A DNA stretch of 63,110 nt. It comes from a virus. A program made the position numbers and the translations under genes. Below the pieces are notes generated by a model that was given only the letters and a program-made list of their open reading frames with translations, did not search any database and was not told where the DNA came from. Shown here piece by piece: positions 1 to 10,119 of this stretch. Location of the stretch: the UHGV virus genome UHGV-0363527; one strand, given 5' to 3'. Each line of letters starts with the position of its first letter. Position 1 is the first letter of the stretch.

Positions 1-4
1 CGAT

Positions 5-448
5 ATGGCTAACACTTCTGGTTTTTCTGTCTATCTTGACAACAAACTGCTTGACCTTCTTTTTAATGGCACTGCATACACTACCCCTTCTAAGTACGTT
101 GCATTGTTCTCTACGGATGCTGGTCTTGCTACCAATGCTCCTACTGGCGAGCTGTCTGGTGGTGGATACAACCGAGTAAAGATGGAGGATAGTGCGTTCA
201 ATGCTGCTGCTTCTGGTCTTGTTACGAATAAGACTGAAGTTACCTTCCCCATCGCTACTGAGTCTTGGGGCACAATTACTCACGTTGGTATCATGGATGC
301 TCTGACTGATGGTAACGTACTTGCTTGGGCTACCATTACTACTCCGGACGGAACTCAGCCGATGCCGAAGAATATCACGACTGCTGACCAGTTTGTTATT
401 CGTGCTAATGGTATCAAGTTCTCTATCCGTGACAGTGCGGATCTGTAA
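5..448 (+). CDS. hypothetical virion structural protein (head-tail/neck region of late operon)
   Basis: 147-aa ORF continuing the + strand structural operon from the window end (62345..63085); no recognisable catalytic motif. Confidence 0.45.
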   Translation: MANTSGFSVYLDNKLLDLLFNGTAYTTPSKYVALFSTDAGLATNAPTGELSGGGYNRVKMEDSAFNAAASGLVTNKTEVTFPIATESWGTITHVGIMDALTDGNVLAWATITTPDGTQPMPKNITTADQFVIRANGIKFSIRDSADL

Positions 449-453
449 TACCT

Positions 454-957
454 ATGGCTGCGTCTAATGGCTCTGGCGCAGTACGTTCTTCTGCACTTCG
501 CACCAAGGCTGTACGCGGTACCTACGGTGCTGCTGAAACGTACCGTATAGTTAACTGGGTACTTTCAAAGGTTAATGATAGTTTTATCTGGGTTCCTGAG
601 ATCAATCCCGTAGCGGTAGTCCATAACGTAGCTAGTCAGTGTGAGACTATTGTCAACGGTGCTGTCTTTGGTAAACCTAGTGCTTACGGTAGATGTGATG
701 GCTTCTATGTTATTATGCCTAGTTATGTCGGCCATGCTGAGGCATACGGCAGTGCTCCTTTGACTGGCATAAAGCAAGGACATCATGAAGAACATAGTAA
801 GGCTCAAGTACTTGGCAAAGTTGATGATGTCTTGTTGGCTATCATTGGCTATGGTCATGCGAAGGCTAAAGCCCAAGGCTACTGTAATGGTACTGCTATC
901 CTCTTTGAAGGTAAACCCGCCATGCGTGCAGATGAAAACTGCTGCGTCTTTAACTAA
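454..957 (+). CDS. hypothetical structural protein
   Basis: 167-aa ORF tightly packed (6-nt gap) after the previous late gene; same strand. Confidence 0.45.
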   Translation: MAASNGSGAVRSSALRTKAVRGTYGAAETYRIVNWVLSKVNDSFIWVPEINPVAVVHNVASQCETIVNGAVFGKPSAYGRCDGFYVIMPSYVGHAEAYGSAPLTGIKQGHHEEHSKAQVLGKVDDVLLAIIGYGHAKAKAQGYCNGTAILFEGKPAMRADENCCVFN

Positions 958-971
958 GAAGGACTTCTTCT

Positions 972-3900
972 ATGAAGAAATATAAATACTATAACAACAC
1001 TAACGGTGTCGTGCAGTCTGCCACGCGCAACAGCATTACAAACAAAGTAGAAGTTGTTGTGAAGGTGAGCTCGGGACAGCTGGGTGTATCTACTTCTGAA
1101 GTGTATCCCATCACCTTTATGGCTATGGACGATACTTTGTTTACTGGGTTCAGTGAGAGCTGCACGTACAACGCAAGTACCGACGAGTACACGCTGTTCT
1201 TCCCCGGTGCGTCTATCTCGGAAGAAACCATTGCTAAGTTCATGTACCCGTCTGCTGAGTGGGAACTCCGTGTGACGCAAACTGAACTCAACGAGTTGTT
1301 TAACGAGGTGTATCAGCTTACTGGTAACCTTGTTACTACTCCTGAGATTACTGGCCCTGATGCTCCTATCGTTTATCAGGGCACGTATGCTAACGAATAC
1401 TCCTTTACTGCTAGCCCTACGTTGGCAGGCAACACTATCTCTTCCTTCTTGGTAGATGTGTCTGGCATCGGTACGCAAGTGATTACTGCTGCTGATAATG
1501 CTGGTACGTATACGCTCAAGATTCCTACTACCATCTCTGCTGGTACCAAGCTTGACATGTACGTCACTGCTACTGACAGTCAGGGTTGGAAGTCTTCTCC
1601 TGCGTACAAGCAGCTCACTGTAGTTGCTCCTTACGTTAAGGTTCCTACGGTAGTTAAGCCTACTGAAGGTCAGGAAGTTATTGCTATCAACTTTGACATC
1701 CAGTCTTCTACGTTTGCTACTGAAGGTCTTGCTGACACGTGCTCTAAAACAGAGTTCCAGATTCAGAACAGTGCTGGTACTACGGTGTACACGAAGGAAC
1801 TTACCGGTACTACGTACACTGCTACGATTACGGACGCTAACCTGCAGCGTGGTGTACTGTATAGAATTAGGTGTCGTCAGTTTGGTACTACGTTGACCAC
1901 GCCTTCTGCTTGGTCTGACTTTGTCAGCTTCCGTACTGCTGACATCTATATCCAAGCTCCTACTGTTATCTCTCCTGTTACAGGTAACCAGATCTTCAAG
2001 TACAATGTAGTTATTTCTGGTGATCCTTTTGCTGTAGTTGGTGGTGAGACTGACACGCACACTGCTTCGCAGTACCGTGTGCAGAATGTACTCGGAACTA
2101 ACATCTACGACAGCGGTGAGAAGACAGACGCTCTTACTTCTATCACTATTCCTGAGCTTACTGAAGCTGTGGTTGGTGAGACGTACAAGATTAGTATGCG
2201 ATACAAAGGTGCTACGTATGGTTGGTCCGACTGGTCTACTGACGTTACTGTGACCATTAAGTCTGCTTACGTGAATGCTCCTGTGCTTACTGCTCCTACG
2301 CAGAATGCGCAGATCAAGGGTACTACGGTTGCTTTCGTACAGCAGGGCTTTGCTACGACAGGTACGTCTGATACGCAGACTGGTGTACAGTATCAACTTC
2401 TCACAGCTGATAACTCTGTATACTATGATTCTGGTGAACTGACTACAGACTATTCTGCACATACAGCTACCATCACTAAGCCTATTACTGATATTGCTCT
2501 TCGTGCGCGTGCACGTAACAAGGGTGCTAACCTTGGTTGGTCTGCTTGGTCTGAGTACGTAAACATTACTGTGTCTCCGGTTTTGCATCTGACGTTTAGT
2601 GACGACGGTAAGCTTTTGTACGTTGGTAAGCCCGACGGTACTCCTTTTGATAGACCTGACGGTACGTTCTACTGGCTTGGTATAAGCACAGAGGTAGAAA
2701 GACAGACTCCTACGTCACAGACTATTGCGTCTTCGTCTGGTTTTTCTTATGCGCAAGACGGAAGCGGCGTGTTTAACTATGACACGGTAGTTACAAACGC
2801 GTCTCTGCAGAATATTAAAAATGACCCGAGTCTTATTGACAGAACGCTTTGTACAGTAGGTTCTACACAAGACGGAGAGTACTCTACACTTGTATGTGCT
2901 GCTACAGGAATTCCTATTAGCGGAGACGCGTTAACTAGAAACAAATTCCTGCCTGCACGTACTCTTAGTCGAAATTCTACGTATTCTAAGTTTTGTCACA
3001 TGCCTTCTAAACGAGAGCTTCTGTACCTTGTTATACAGAGCGATGCAATAGATGCTGTTGCGGGTGATTCTTTTTTTGATGCCCATGTTGCAGGCATGAA
3101 TAAATATAATGTCACAAGCACGCTATATGGCGCTGGTATATTTAATGTAATACTTCCTCGTGAGAACCTTTATTGTGGTAATGTCGCTTGGAACACTAGC
3201 TTGACATACACGTACACAACTGCACTAGTTACTGTTGACTGTGATCAGTATGGTACTATCTTGCCTGACAAACATGGCATGGCTCACCCCACTAATGCGG
3301 GTTATCACTACTGGGGTTTTGGTGCAAACTCTCCGTTGATGGACTACACGGGAAGACGTTTCTGGGCTTGCACTAGTGACACCGTGCTTTCAGAGACCTT
3401 TAATTTGACCGGTGCTTATCTAGCACAGAGCGAACCCAAAACTGGTAAACTAAATACTGAGACTGACGTTACCGTCAGAAGCAATTACTTATTCAATGTT
3501 TACCCTTTCCAGATCTTCGGTACGGGAGCAAAGGATGCTCGGTGGTATATTAGCACATTGCCTTCTCAAGAAACGCTAGACGGTGCGTCTTGTTTTATTG
3601 CGTCTCCGTATGTTACTTTAGTTAAGGCTGCTTATGATGCTTCTGCAAATGATGTAAAATTTAGTTATGCAAGCTATTATTACAACGTGTATGCCAAGCA
3701 GTATCTAACTGGTATTTTCGGTGGACCTGGGCTTAAATATGCGTCTTCTACTTCAACAGATAACATGACTTTTCCTTCAGTTAAACAGTGTTTTGTCACC
3801 ACGCATGAATACCTTCCTGTAGACACTGGTCGTAAATTGTATCGGCATTCTTCTGGGATGGGTACTGTGATGGAATACATAGATGCTGACGCCTCAAAGA

Positions 3901-4493
3901 AAAAGGTCCTGATCTTGGACGCTTCTTATAGAAGTACAGGCAAGTCTGCAAGCACAAATGTCTGTCCGTCTACGCTTAAACAGCTAACCTCTTCCGCTTC
4001 TGAAGATATAAGCAATGCTTTAGGAAATAATTATGTCACTGGTTTTGCCGACGCTACAAGGCTGTCTATGTCTGATTCTTATTTGAACAAGGTTTGGCCT
4101 GCAGCTAAGGTTGATTCTCATTCCTCTGCTTATAATACGCAACAGTGGCTAGAGCTTGCTACAGACCCTGCTGCAGCACAATATGCGTCTGCAATAACTG
4201 TAGCTGGGACAGCTTGTCAAGTACCTAACTTGAATGTTGCTCTTCGTATCTTTATAGAAGCGAATAATCTTGATGCCTTAGATCCTACGCTGAGCGCTAA
4301 TGCAACAAAAGCTCTGGGTGATGCTAACCCTAATGGCTTCTTTGGTATTGACACTACTACTAAATCCTTGGCTACGTCATCAATTGGCTGGAGAAGTCCG
4401 GGCTATATAGTTAGAGTTAGCAACAATAGTGTTAACAAGATAACACCTACGATTACTCTTGGCATATGCCCTGTCCTTGAACTTGTTGCTTAA
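972..4493 (+). CDS. tail fibre / tail spike protein with three tandem fibronectin-III-like repeats and a large C-terminal domain
   Basis: 1173 aa. Three ~105-aa tandem repeats (approx aa 215-530), each starting AP(Y/T)V..P and ending in WSXWS-like motifs (AWSDFVSF, GWSDWSTD, GWSAWSEY). The ~600-aa C-terminal domain is typical of receptor-binding proteins. Confidence 0.6.
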   Translation: MKKYKYYNNTNGVVQSATRNSITNKVEVVVKVSSGQLGVSTSEVYPITFMAMDDTLFTGFSESCTYNASTDEYTLFFPGASISEETIAKFMYPSAEWELRVTQTELNELFNEVYQLTGNLVTTPEITGPDAPIVYQGTYANEYSFTASPTLAGNTISSFLVDVSGIGTQVITAADNAGTYTLKIPTTISAGTKLDMYVTATDSQGWKSSPAYKQLTVVAPYVKVPTVVKPTEGQEVIAINFDIQSSTFATEGLADTCSKTEFQIQNSAGTTVYTKELTGTTYTATITDANLQRGVLYRIRCRQFGTTLTTPSAWSDFVSFRTADIYIQAPTVISPVTGNQIFKYNVVISGDPFAVVGGETDTHTASQYRVQNVLGTNIYDSGEKTDALTSITIPELTEAVVGETYKISMRYKGATYGWSDWSTDVTVTIKSAYVNAPVLTAPTQNAQIKGTTVAFVQQGFATTGTSDTQTGVQYQLLTADNSVYYDSGELTTDYSAHTATITKPITDIALRARARNKGANLGWSAWSEYVNITVSPVLHLTFSDDGKLLYVGKPDGTPFDRPDGTFYWLGISTEVERQTPTSQTIASSSGFSYAQDGSGVFNYDTVVTNASLQNIKNDPSLIDRTLCTVGSTQDGEYSTLVCAATGIPISGDALTRNKFLPARTLSRNSTYSKFCHMPSKRELLYLVIQSDAIDAVAGDSFFDAHVAGMNKYNVTSTLYGAGIFNVILPRENLYCGNVAWNTSLTYTYTTALVTVDCDQYGTILPDKHGMAHPTNAGYHYWGFGANSPLMDYTGRRFWACTSDTVLSETFNLTGAYLAQSEPKTGKLNTETDVTVRSNYLFNVYPFQIFGTGAKDARWYISTLPSQETLDGASCFIASPYVTLVKAAYDASANDVKFSYASYYYNVYAKQYLTGIFGGPGLKYASSTSTDNMTFPSVKQCFVTTHEYLPVDTGRKLYRHSSGMGTVMEYIDADASKKKVLILDASYRSTGKSASTNVCPSTLKQLTSSASEDISNALGNNYVTGFADATRLSMSDSYLNKVWPAAKVDSHSSAYNTQQWLELATDPAAAQYASAITVAGTACQVPNLNVALRIFIEANNLDALDPTLSANATKALGDANPNGFFGIDTTTKSLATSSIGWRSPGYIVRVSNNSVNKITPTITLGICPVLELVA

Positions 4494-4512
4494 CTAAAAG
4501 GTTTATCTTTTT

Positions 4513-5229
4513 ATGAATAACGCTAATGATATTGTGATGTGGTACAACAAGAACACTGGTGTAACTGCTACTGATAAGATCTGCCAGAACATGGGTCTTC
4601 CTACGTCTTCTCGTGTGGTTATGCAGCAGTACGGTTTCTACCCGTTGCTTACGGATAAACCTGACATGCCGGCAGACGACAGGTACTTTACGCTTAAGGA
4701 GCAGGGTACAGTAGAGTGGGATCCTAAGTTCGTTGTGTACCGTAGGAAGCAAGTCTGGGTTATGCGTTCTGATGATGAGCTTAGAAGTTCTAAGAACGCT
4801 CAGATCGAGACAAACTACAACAACTATGTAGCCAAGGTCTTTGACGGCTACGATGAGTACGAGAAGTCTACATGGCCTACTCAGCGTGAGCTTGCTTATA
4901 ACTATGTTATGGGTAAGACTCTTCCTGCTAACAACTTGCTGCAGAAGCTGGCTGACAAGCAGGGCATCTCTCTTGATGAGTTTGCTATGAAGGTCAACGG
5001 CAAGGCTGCTGCATTTGATGAATGTGTAGCTACTGCTATCGCTAAGCGTAATATGTTGCAAGAAGCTGTTAAGGCTCGTACTGGACAGGATCTCATTGAC
5101 CTTGATGTGAGTTTCAATCCGGTTCTTAACACGAGTGAACCTACGGAAGAAGTCCTTCCAGTAGAAGAACCTACGCCTTCTATGGAAGGTGAGGCTATGC
5201 CGGAGGCTAATGCTCCTGAAGGAGAATAA
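4513..5229 (+). CDS. hypothetical protein with acidic Pro/Glu-rich C-terminus (structural module)
   Basis: 238-aa ORF; C-terminus EPTEEVLPVEEPTPSMEGEAMPEANAPEGE. Confidence 0.5.
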   Translation: MNNANDIVMWYNKNTGVTATDKICQNMGLPTSSRVVMQQYGFYPLLTDKPDMPADDRYFTLKEQGTVEWDPKFVVYRRKQVWVMRSDDELRSSKNAQIETNYNNYVAKVFDGYDEYEKSTWPTQRELAYNYVMGKTLPANNLLQKLADKQGISLDEFAMKVNGKAAAFDECVATAIAKRNMLQEAVKARTGQDLIDLDVSFNPVLNTSEPTEEVLPVEEPTPSMEGEAMPEANAPEGE

Positions 5230-5231
5230 CG

Positions 5232-6995
5232 TTGAAGATTTATGTAAACAATTTCAAGGGGATGGCACCTAAGATCCCATCCCGTTTGAAACATGATAAC
5301 TTTGCAGATTTCACCAGCAACACAGATACTTCTACAGGTGACATTCTTCCCTTTGCTCATTATGACGGGACGTTTTCCTTGCCTTCACAAGTACCTTCAG
5401 CAGCCAAGTGTTTCTTCAAATGGAGATTCAAAGACAAAGACTACTGGTGGGGAAGTACCCAGTACGACAGAGTGAATGCTGTGTTCATTTCTATTCCTGA
5501 CGTATCTGTTGATAGACAGCAGTGCTACTGGATGCCAGACGGTGACACCATGCATGTTTGTGAAGGTGCCGACTTGCTTACACAGGTTGGCACCATTCAA
5601 GGTGACTCTGTTATTGCTGGCATTCCTCAGCCTCAAGGCATGACTATGGAAGTTACTGGTGATCCTCAGGCTGGTACTATACCTACTTCACATAGCTACG
5701 TTATAACATTTGCACGTAATTGGGCCGACGGTGTTGTTGATGAAGGTCCTGCCTCTGCTAACGTGACTACTTCTACTGGTGCGTCTGTAGTAGACGTATA
5801 CCCGGGACAGTCTGTGGTTATTAAAAACATCTCTGGTATGAATGCTTTCGGTAACGATGGAACTCAGGAAATCCGTGTGTACCGGTCGGAGACTACTTCT
5901 ACCGGTACCGCACGGTACTATCTTGCAGCTACAGCTATCTACCCAGAAGCTACACCTCCGTCTACTAAGTACACTATTACTGACAATATGCTAACCACAG
6001 GGCCTGCTCTGACGGACATGAACAACTATGCTATTCCGGGTGGTGCGCATTCCTTTATTGCACTTGCTAACGGTTACTACGCTGCTGCTAAAGACAGCAC
6101 TATTTATGTGTCTAACTACAACAGACCTTACGCATTTCCTCGTAAGTATAGTGTAACAATTAGTGAGTCTGTGGTTGGTCTTGGTTCCTTCGGCAATACT
6201 ATCGTAGCCTGTACTAAATCAGAACCTGTGCTTATAACAGTGTCTGACCCAGCCAACCCTATCGTTAAAGCTATGCAAGATCCACTGCCTTGTCTTAGCA
6301 AACACAGTATTGTGTCTACTTCCCAAGGTGTAATGTACGCATGTCCTACTGGAGTAGCACTGATTAGTTCAGACACGCCTAAGATTATTACTTCTCAATT
6401 GTTCTCTAACCGCGACTGGGCTAAGTTGAACCCTTCTGATATGCAGTTTGCTTACATCGGTAAGACTCTGTACATTTTTAGTAGGTCTTCTACTCAGATA
6501 TTGTACACGCTAAACTTCAACGAGTACAGCTATAACTCTCTGTACAATCAGCTTACATCTCCCGGTCTTACTAACCATACTACTTCAAACCCTAATGTTG
6601 TGAATACTTGGTGGGATCCTAACGTAAGAAGACTGTACGTTAAGTACACTGACAGCAGCTCTGTGTCTGTGTATACGACAGACGTTACGTCTATTAAGCC
6701 GGGTACGTGGAGCTGGACATCTCGTACTTTTGTAAGTGCACAAGGTGCGTGGAGACCAGTTGCTGCTAAAGTTAATCAAGAAGGTAGTTGTACACTGACA
6801 GTTTATCTTGACGGTAAGACTATCTTCTCAAAGCTGATTACAGGATCTAAGGTAGTTAAGCTGCCTGCTGGATACACAGGAACAGAACTTCAGTTCAAGC
6901 TAGACATGGCAGCTTCTAGTGCTGACAACACAGTGCATTCAGTAACGATCGCATCGAGTATGGTTGAGTGCTTGGAAGGAGCAGAAAGTAAATGA
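5232..6995 (+). CDS. putative tail structural protein
   Basis: 587-aa ORF in the tail region of the late operon, rich in T/S/G beta-like sequence; start overlaps the previous stop. Confidence 0.5.
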   Translation: MKIYVNNFKGMAPKIPSRLKHDNFADFTSNTDTSTGDILPFAHYDGTFSLPSQVPSAAKCFFKWRFKDKDYWWGSTQYDRVNAVFISIPDVSVDRQQCYWMPDGDTMHVCEGADLLTQVGTIQGDSVIAGIPQPQGMTMEVTGDPQAGTIPTSHSYVITFARNWADGVVDEGPASANVTTSTGASVVDVYPGQSVVIKNISGMNAFGNDGTQEIRVYRSETTSTGTARYYLAATAIYPEATPPSTKYTITDNMLTTGPALTDMNNYAIPGGAHSFIALANGYYAAAKDSTIYVSNYNRPYAFPRKYSVTISESVVGLGSFGNTIVACTKSEPVLITVSDPANPIVKAMQDPLPCLSKHSIVSTSQGVMYACPTGVALISSDTPKIITSQLFSNRDWAKLNPSDMQFAYIGKTLYIFSRSSTQILYTLNFNEYSYNSLYNQLTSPGLTNHTTSNPNVVNTWWDPNVRRLYVKYTDSSSVSVYTTDVTSIKPGTWSWTSRTFVSAQGAWRPVAAKVNQEGSCTLTVYLDGKTIFSKLITGSKVVKLPAGYTGTELQFKLDMAASSADNTVHSVTIASSMVECLEGAESK

Positions 6996-7582
6996 GTGTA
7001 GACAGTTCTACTTATATTAGTTCTGATGGTTCTGTAAAGGAATCGTCACTTGTTGCTATTCGTACTCCTGATATTCCCAACACAGAAACAGGTGCTTTAG
7101 CAGGCTTTTACTCGGACATTACTGCGGCTATTCAAGCCACGTCTAGTAACATGGACACTTTGCAGGACATGGCAACAGCTTTGTTTAATCAGCTGGTTAA
7201 GACAAGTATCGTTAGTAGGTCACAAGGTCTAGGACAGCAGTACGTTCGGTTTGGTAATGGGCTGCAGATATGCTGGTTAGGTAACTGGATGTCTTCGAAC
7301 GTTGAGCAGCTTGATTTTCCTGTTCCCTTTAAAGATGATAACTACATTGCTGTTACCAACGTTGTTGCACCCAGCTCTTCTTACGAATGGTCTGCATACG
7401 TATACGAGAAGACAAGCACGTACTGTAAAATAAAGGTGTGTGGTATTCCCCAGTTCACTGACCAAGCAAGAAGTGTAGTCAATGGGAAGGGTGAAGTTAT
7501 AGGTACTGTGTCTGTACCTGTGCCTGTATGGCCTTCCGGTACGTATGGTTATCAAACTATAGTTATAGGTTGGTGGAAGTAA
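6992..7582 (+). CDS. hypothetical structural protein
   Basis: 196-aa ORF translationally coupled (ATGA overlap) to the previous gene. Confidence 0.5.
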   Translation: MSVDSSTYISSDGSVKESSLVAIRTPDIPNTETGALAGFYSDITAAIQATSSNMDTLQDMATALFNQLVKTSIVSRSQGLGQQYVRFGNGLQICWLGNWMSSNVEQLDFPVPFKDDNYIAVTNVVAPSSSYEWSAYVYEKTSTYCKIKVCGIPQFTDQARSVVNGKGEVIGTVSVPVPVWPSGTYGYQTIVIGWWK

Positions 7583-7583
7583 C

Positions 7584-9074
7584 ATGGCTACTTTTGGTTT
7601 TGGTGTGCCCTACATTGCTACTATGCCTGTATTCTCTTATGGCCTTAACCCTTTCTACAATACCCTTACTAGAACCTCTTCCTTTTTTGGTACTAAAACA
7701 CAGAAACCTTCTAAGTATAGTCAAACTGACGACACATACTTAGATAAGAAGACCACCAAAGATAAAGCTGCTAACGGTCTTTCAGACAGAGGTTCTGGTA
7801 AAGCTGGTTGGGGTGTCTCTTCTACCTCTGGCATAGGAAACGTTTCTTCAAAGAACAGCATGTCTTCAACGCATACAGACAAAGCTGTTAATGATTTAGC
7901 CGTGTCTGGTCTACAAGACATTGGCTTGGACATGGCACAAGCTGCTGCACTTACTGCTGGTATTGGTACTATGGTTGGGGCTACCCCTAGCCAAGTAGCT
8001 CAAGCATCAATGCACAGTGCTTTTAGTTCTATGCCTAATGCTCTTGCTGGTTATGCAGGTAGATTGGGTGCTACTGCTATTGGGGCAGCTCCTAGTACTC
8101 CAGTAGGTAAGATGAGTCCTGCTGTTGTAGGCGGGATTCTTGGTTCCATTGCTGGGCCTATTGGTGGATTGCTTGGTGGTCTTATAGGTCCTACTGTAGT
8201 AGGCTTAGCCGAAGATGCTTTAGGTGTTAGGTCTATGGAAGATGTTCGAGATGCTTTGGAAGATACCGTTGGTACTTTCTCTGGTCGTAGAATGGGACAA
8301 GCTTTCTCAGATGCCTACGATAAAACTAAGACTGTAACACCTTCCTTTAACTATGCTGTTGATAGTATGTCCATGAGTCCTACACAAAAGAACGTAGCTA
8401 AGACTTCTTTTAGTAATGCTCTTGGTAAGTCGTTCAGCAGTATGTCTAAGGACAAGCTTGGTGACGTAGCTAGAAATATCGGTATTACTCCTGCTGCTGC
8501 GTATGCTGGAGCTATGGCTAATCTTGGTTCTTTTGGTGTTGAAACAGACCCAACTGGTAGCTTGCAAGGTGCTATAGATTCTATTTCTGATACAATCGGT
8601 GAGGTTAACGAGGCATTTTCTAATGCTATGTCTTCTTTTGGTGGACCTACACAGTCCGCACCTTCTGCTGACAGAGCTGCTGAGGCTATGTCTAACGCTA
8701 TGAGTGAAGCTGCACAACAGGCTGCTGAGCCCGATTCCACTAACTCTCCTTCTGCTGATTCTTCATCTAGTCCTAGTGATTCACCTTCTGATGGGAGTGA
8801 TGGAGAGCAGGGCGGTCCTTCTTCTAACGATAATAGTGGAGGAGGCAGTGGCGACAACGGCGGTTTTGGTGGAGACAACGATAGCGGTGGTGGTGGTGAT
8901 GGTGATAATGGTGGTGGCCTCGGAGATAATAATGGCGGCCCTAACGGTGGTTCCGATAGCCAAGGCACTGGCGAAGGACAAGCCGGTGACGGTACTGGTT
9001 CTGGAGCCAACGGTCAGAACGATAGCGGTGATGATGGTGGCGATGATGGCGGGGACACAGGCGGTGGCTGGTAA
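7584..9074 (+). CDS. putative internal virion / ejection protein with glycine-zipper segment and acidic low-complexity tail
   Basis: 496 aa. GGILGSIAGPIGGLLGGLIGPTVVGL glycine-zipper-like hydrophobic segment, followed by a >120-aa G/S/D/N-rich low-complexity C-terminus. Confidence 0.5.
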   Translation: MATFGFGVPYIATMPVFSYGLNPFYNTLTRTSSFFGTKTQKPSKYSQTDDTYLDKKTTKDKAANGLSDRGSGKAGWGVSSTSGIGNVSSKNSMSSTHTDKAVNDLAVSGLQDIGLDMAQAAALTAGIGTMVGATPSQVAQASMHSAFSSMPNALAGYAGRLGATAIGAAPSTPVGKMSPAVVGGILGSIAGPIGGLLGGLIGPTVVGLAEDALGVRSMEDVRDALEDTVGTFSGRRMGQAFSDAYDKTKTVTPSFNYAVDSMSMSPTQKNVAKTSFSNALGKSFSSMSKDKLGDVARNIGITPAAAYAGAMANLGSFGVETDPTGSLQGAIDSISDTIGEVNEAFSNAMSSFGGPTQSAPSADRAAEAMSNAMSEAAQQAAEPDSTNSPSADSSSSPSDSPSDGSDGEQGGPSSNDNSGGGSGDNGGFGGDNDSGGGGDGDNGGGLGDNNGGPNGGSDSQGTGEGQAGDGTGSGANGQNDSGDDGGDDGGDTGGGW

Positions 9075-9110
9075 GTTCTTTAATCTTTAACCCAAGGATG
9101 GGTAAAAACT

Positions 9111-10109
9111 ATGTCTCTTTGGGACAGTATCTCTAGTGGACTTAGCTCTGCTACAGATTGGCTTGGAGGCTCTGGGGGTAAAGCACTATCCACCGTCGCC
9201 AATATTGCTGGAGCTGGGTACGACTTGTATCAAGGTATTCAGAATTCTAAACTTGCTGATAAGTATGCAAACATGTCTTTCTCTACAGCAGAGGCGCAGG
9301 ATCAGTATGCACAAGAGATGTTTGATAGGTACAAGAATACTTATTGGCCTATTGAAGATAAGCAGAATGCCTTGATTGAAAAGCAGCTGGACTTTGCACT
9401 GAGTCCAGAGATGTGGACTTCATACGCGAATGCTAATAGAACTGCAGGAGATCTGCAGGCTAGGCAGTCACAGTTTGCTCTAGATCAGTTCTCTACTCTT
9501 GAGCCTTATCTGCGAGCACAAGCAAAGGTATATGCTAACGAAGGTTGGCTTGATCTGCTTCGCAGACAACAGATGTATGACACTTACGATCAAACAGAAC
9601 GTTCTCTTATTCGTAAGCTCACTGAGGGTGAAGACGTACTCCGTGACAGAATGATGTCTCAGGCTAGTACGGACGTTAAGTCTTCTTATGCTGACGCTTC
9701 TTCCAACCTTGATCGTCAGCTTGGTCTTGCTGGTATTTCTACGTCTTCTCCGCAAGCGTGGGCTGCCCGTACTGAGATGGCACAAAGCCAAGCCCTTGCT
9801 GAAGCTGCTACCCGCACTAATGCAGCTAATACGGCAGAAGATACTACTATGAATAGATGGGCTCAGGCACTTAACTACAATAAGGGTTTGAACTTGTCTA
9901 CTGCTAACTATACACCTTCTACTGCTATTTCTACAGCATCTGGGTTGCGTGGTTCTGGTGGTAACTATGGAGCACAGGCAATGAGCGGGTACAGTGCTGC
10001 TTCTGGTTCGTATGGTAATATGGCTAATATGTACAACAATATGGCTCAGAATAATATGACTGGTTTTGGTGGACTGCTTAAACTACTGACTACTGGGTCT
10101 AAGGAATAA
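9111..10109 (+). CDS. putative internal virion protein
   Basis: 332-aa ORF between the Gly-rich protein and the giant protein; Q/A/S-rich. Confidence 0.45.
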   Translation: MSLWDSISSGLSSATDWLGGSGGKALSTVANIAGAGYDLYQGIQNSKLADKYANMSFSTAEAQDQYAQEMFDRYKNTYWPIEDKQNALIEKQLDFALSPEMWTSYANANRTAGDLQARQSQFALDQFSTLEPYLRAQAKVYANEGWLDLLRRQQMYDTYDQTERSLIRKLTEGEDVLRDRMMSQASTDVKSSYADASSNLDRQLGLAGISTSSPQAWAARTEMAQSQALAEAATRTNAANTAEDTTMNRWAQALNYNKGLNLSTANYTPSTAISTASGLRGSGGNYGAQAMSGYSAASGSYGNMANMYNNMAQNNMTGFGGLLKLLTTGSKE

Positions 10110-10119
10110 GGGGGCTTGT

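Noticed and set aside
954-2588. 544-aa minus-strand ORF antisense to the tail-fibre gene
   Set aside because: R/S/L-rich low-complexity translation, overlaps a well-supported structural gene, no RBS context
972-4493. Diversity-generating retroelement targeting the repeat-containing tail fibre
   Set aside because: No reverse transcriptase ORF and no template-repeat copy of the fibre 3' end were found anywhere in the window
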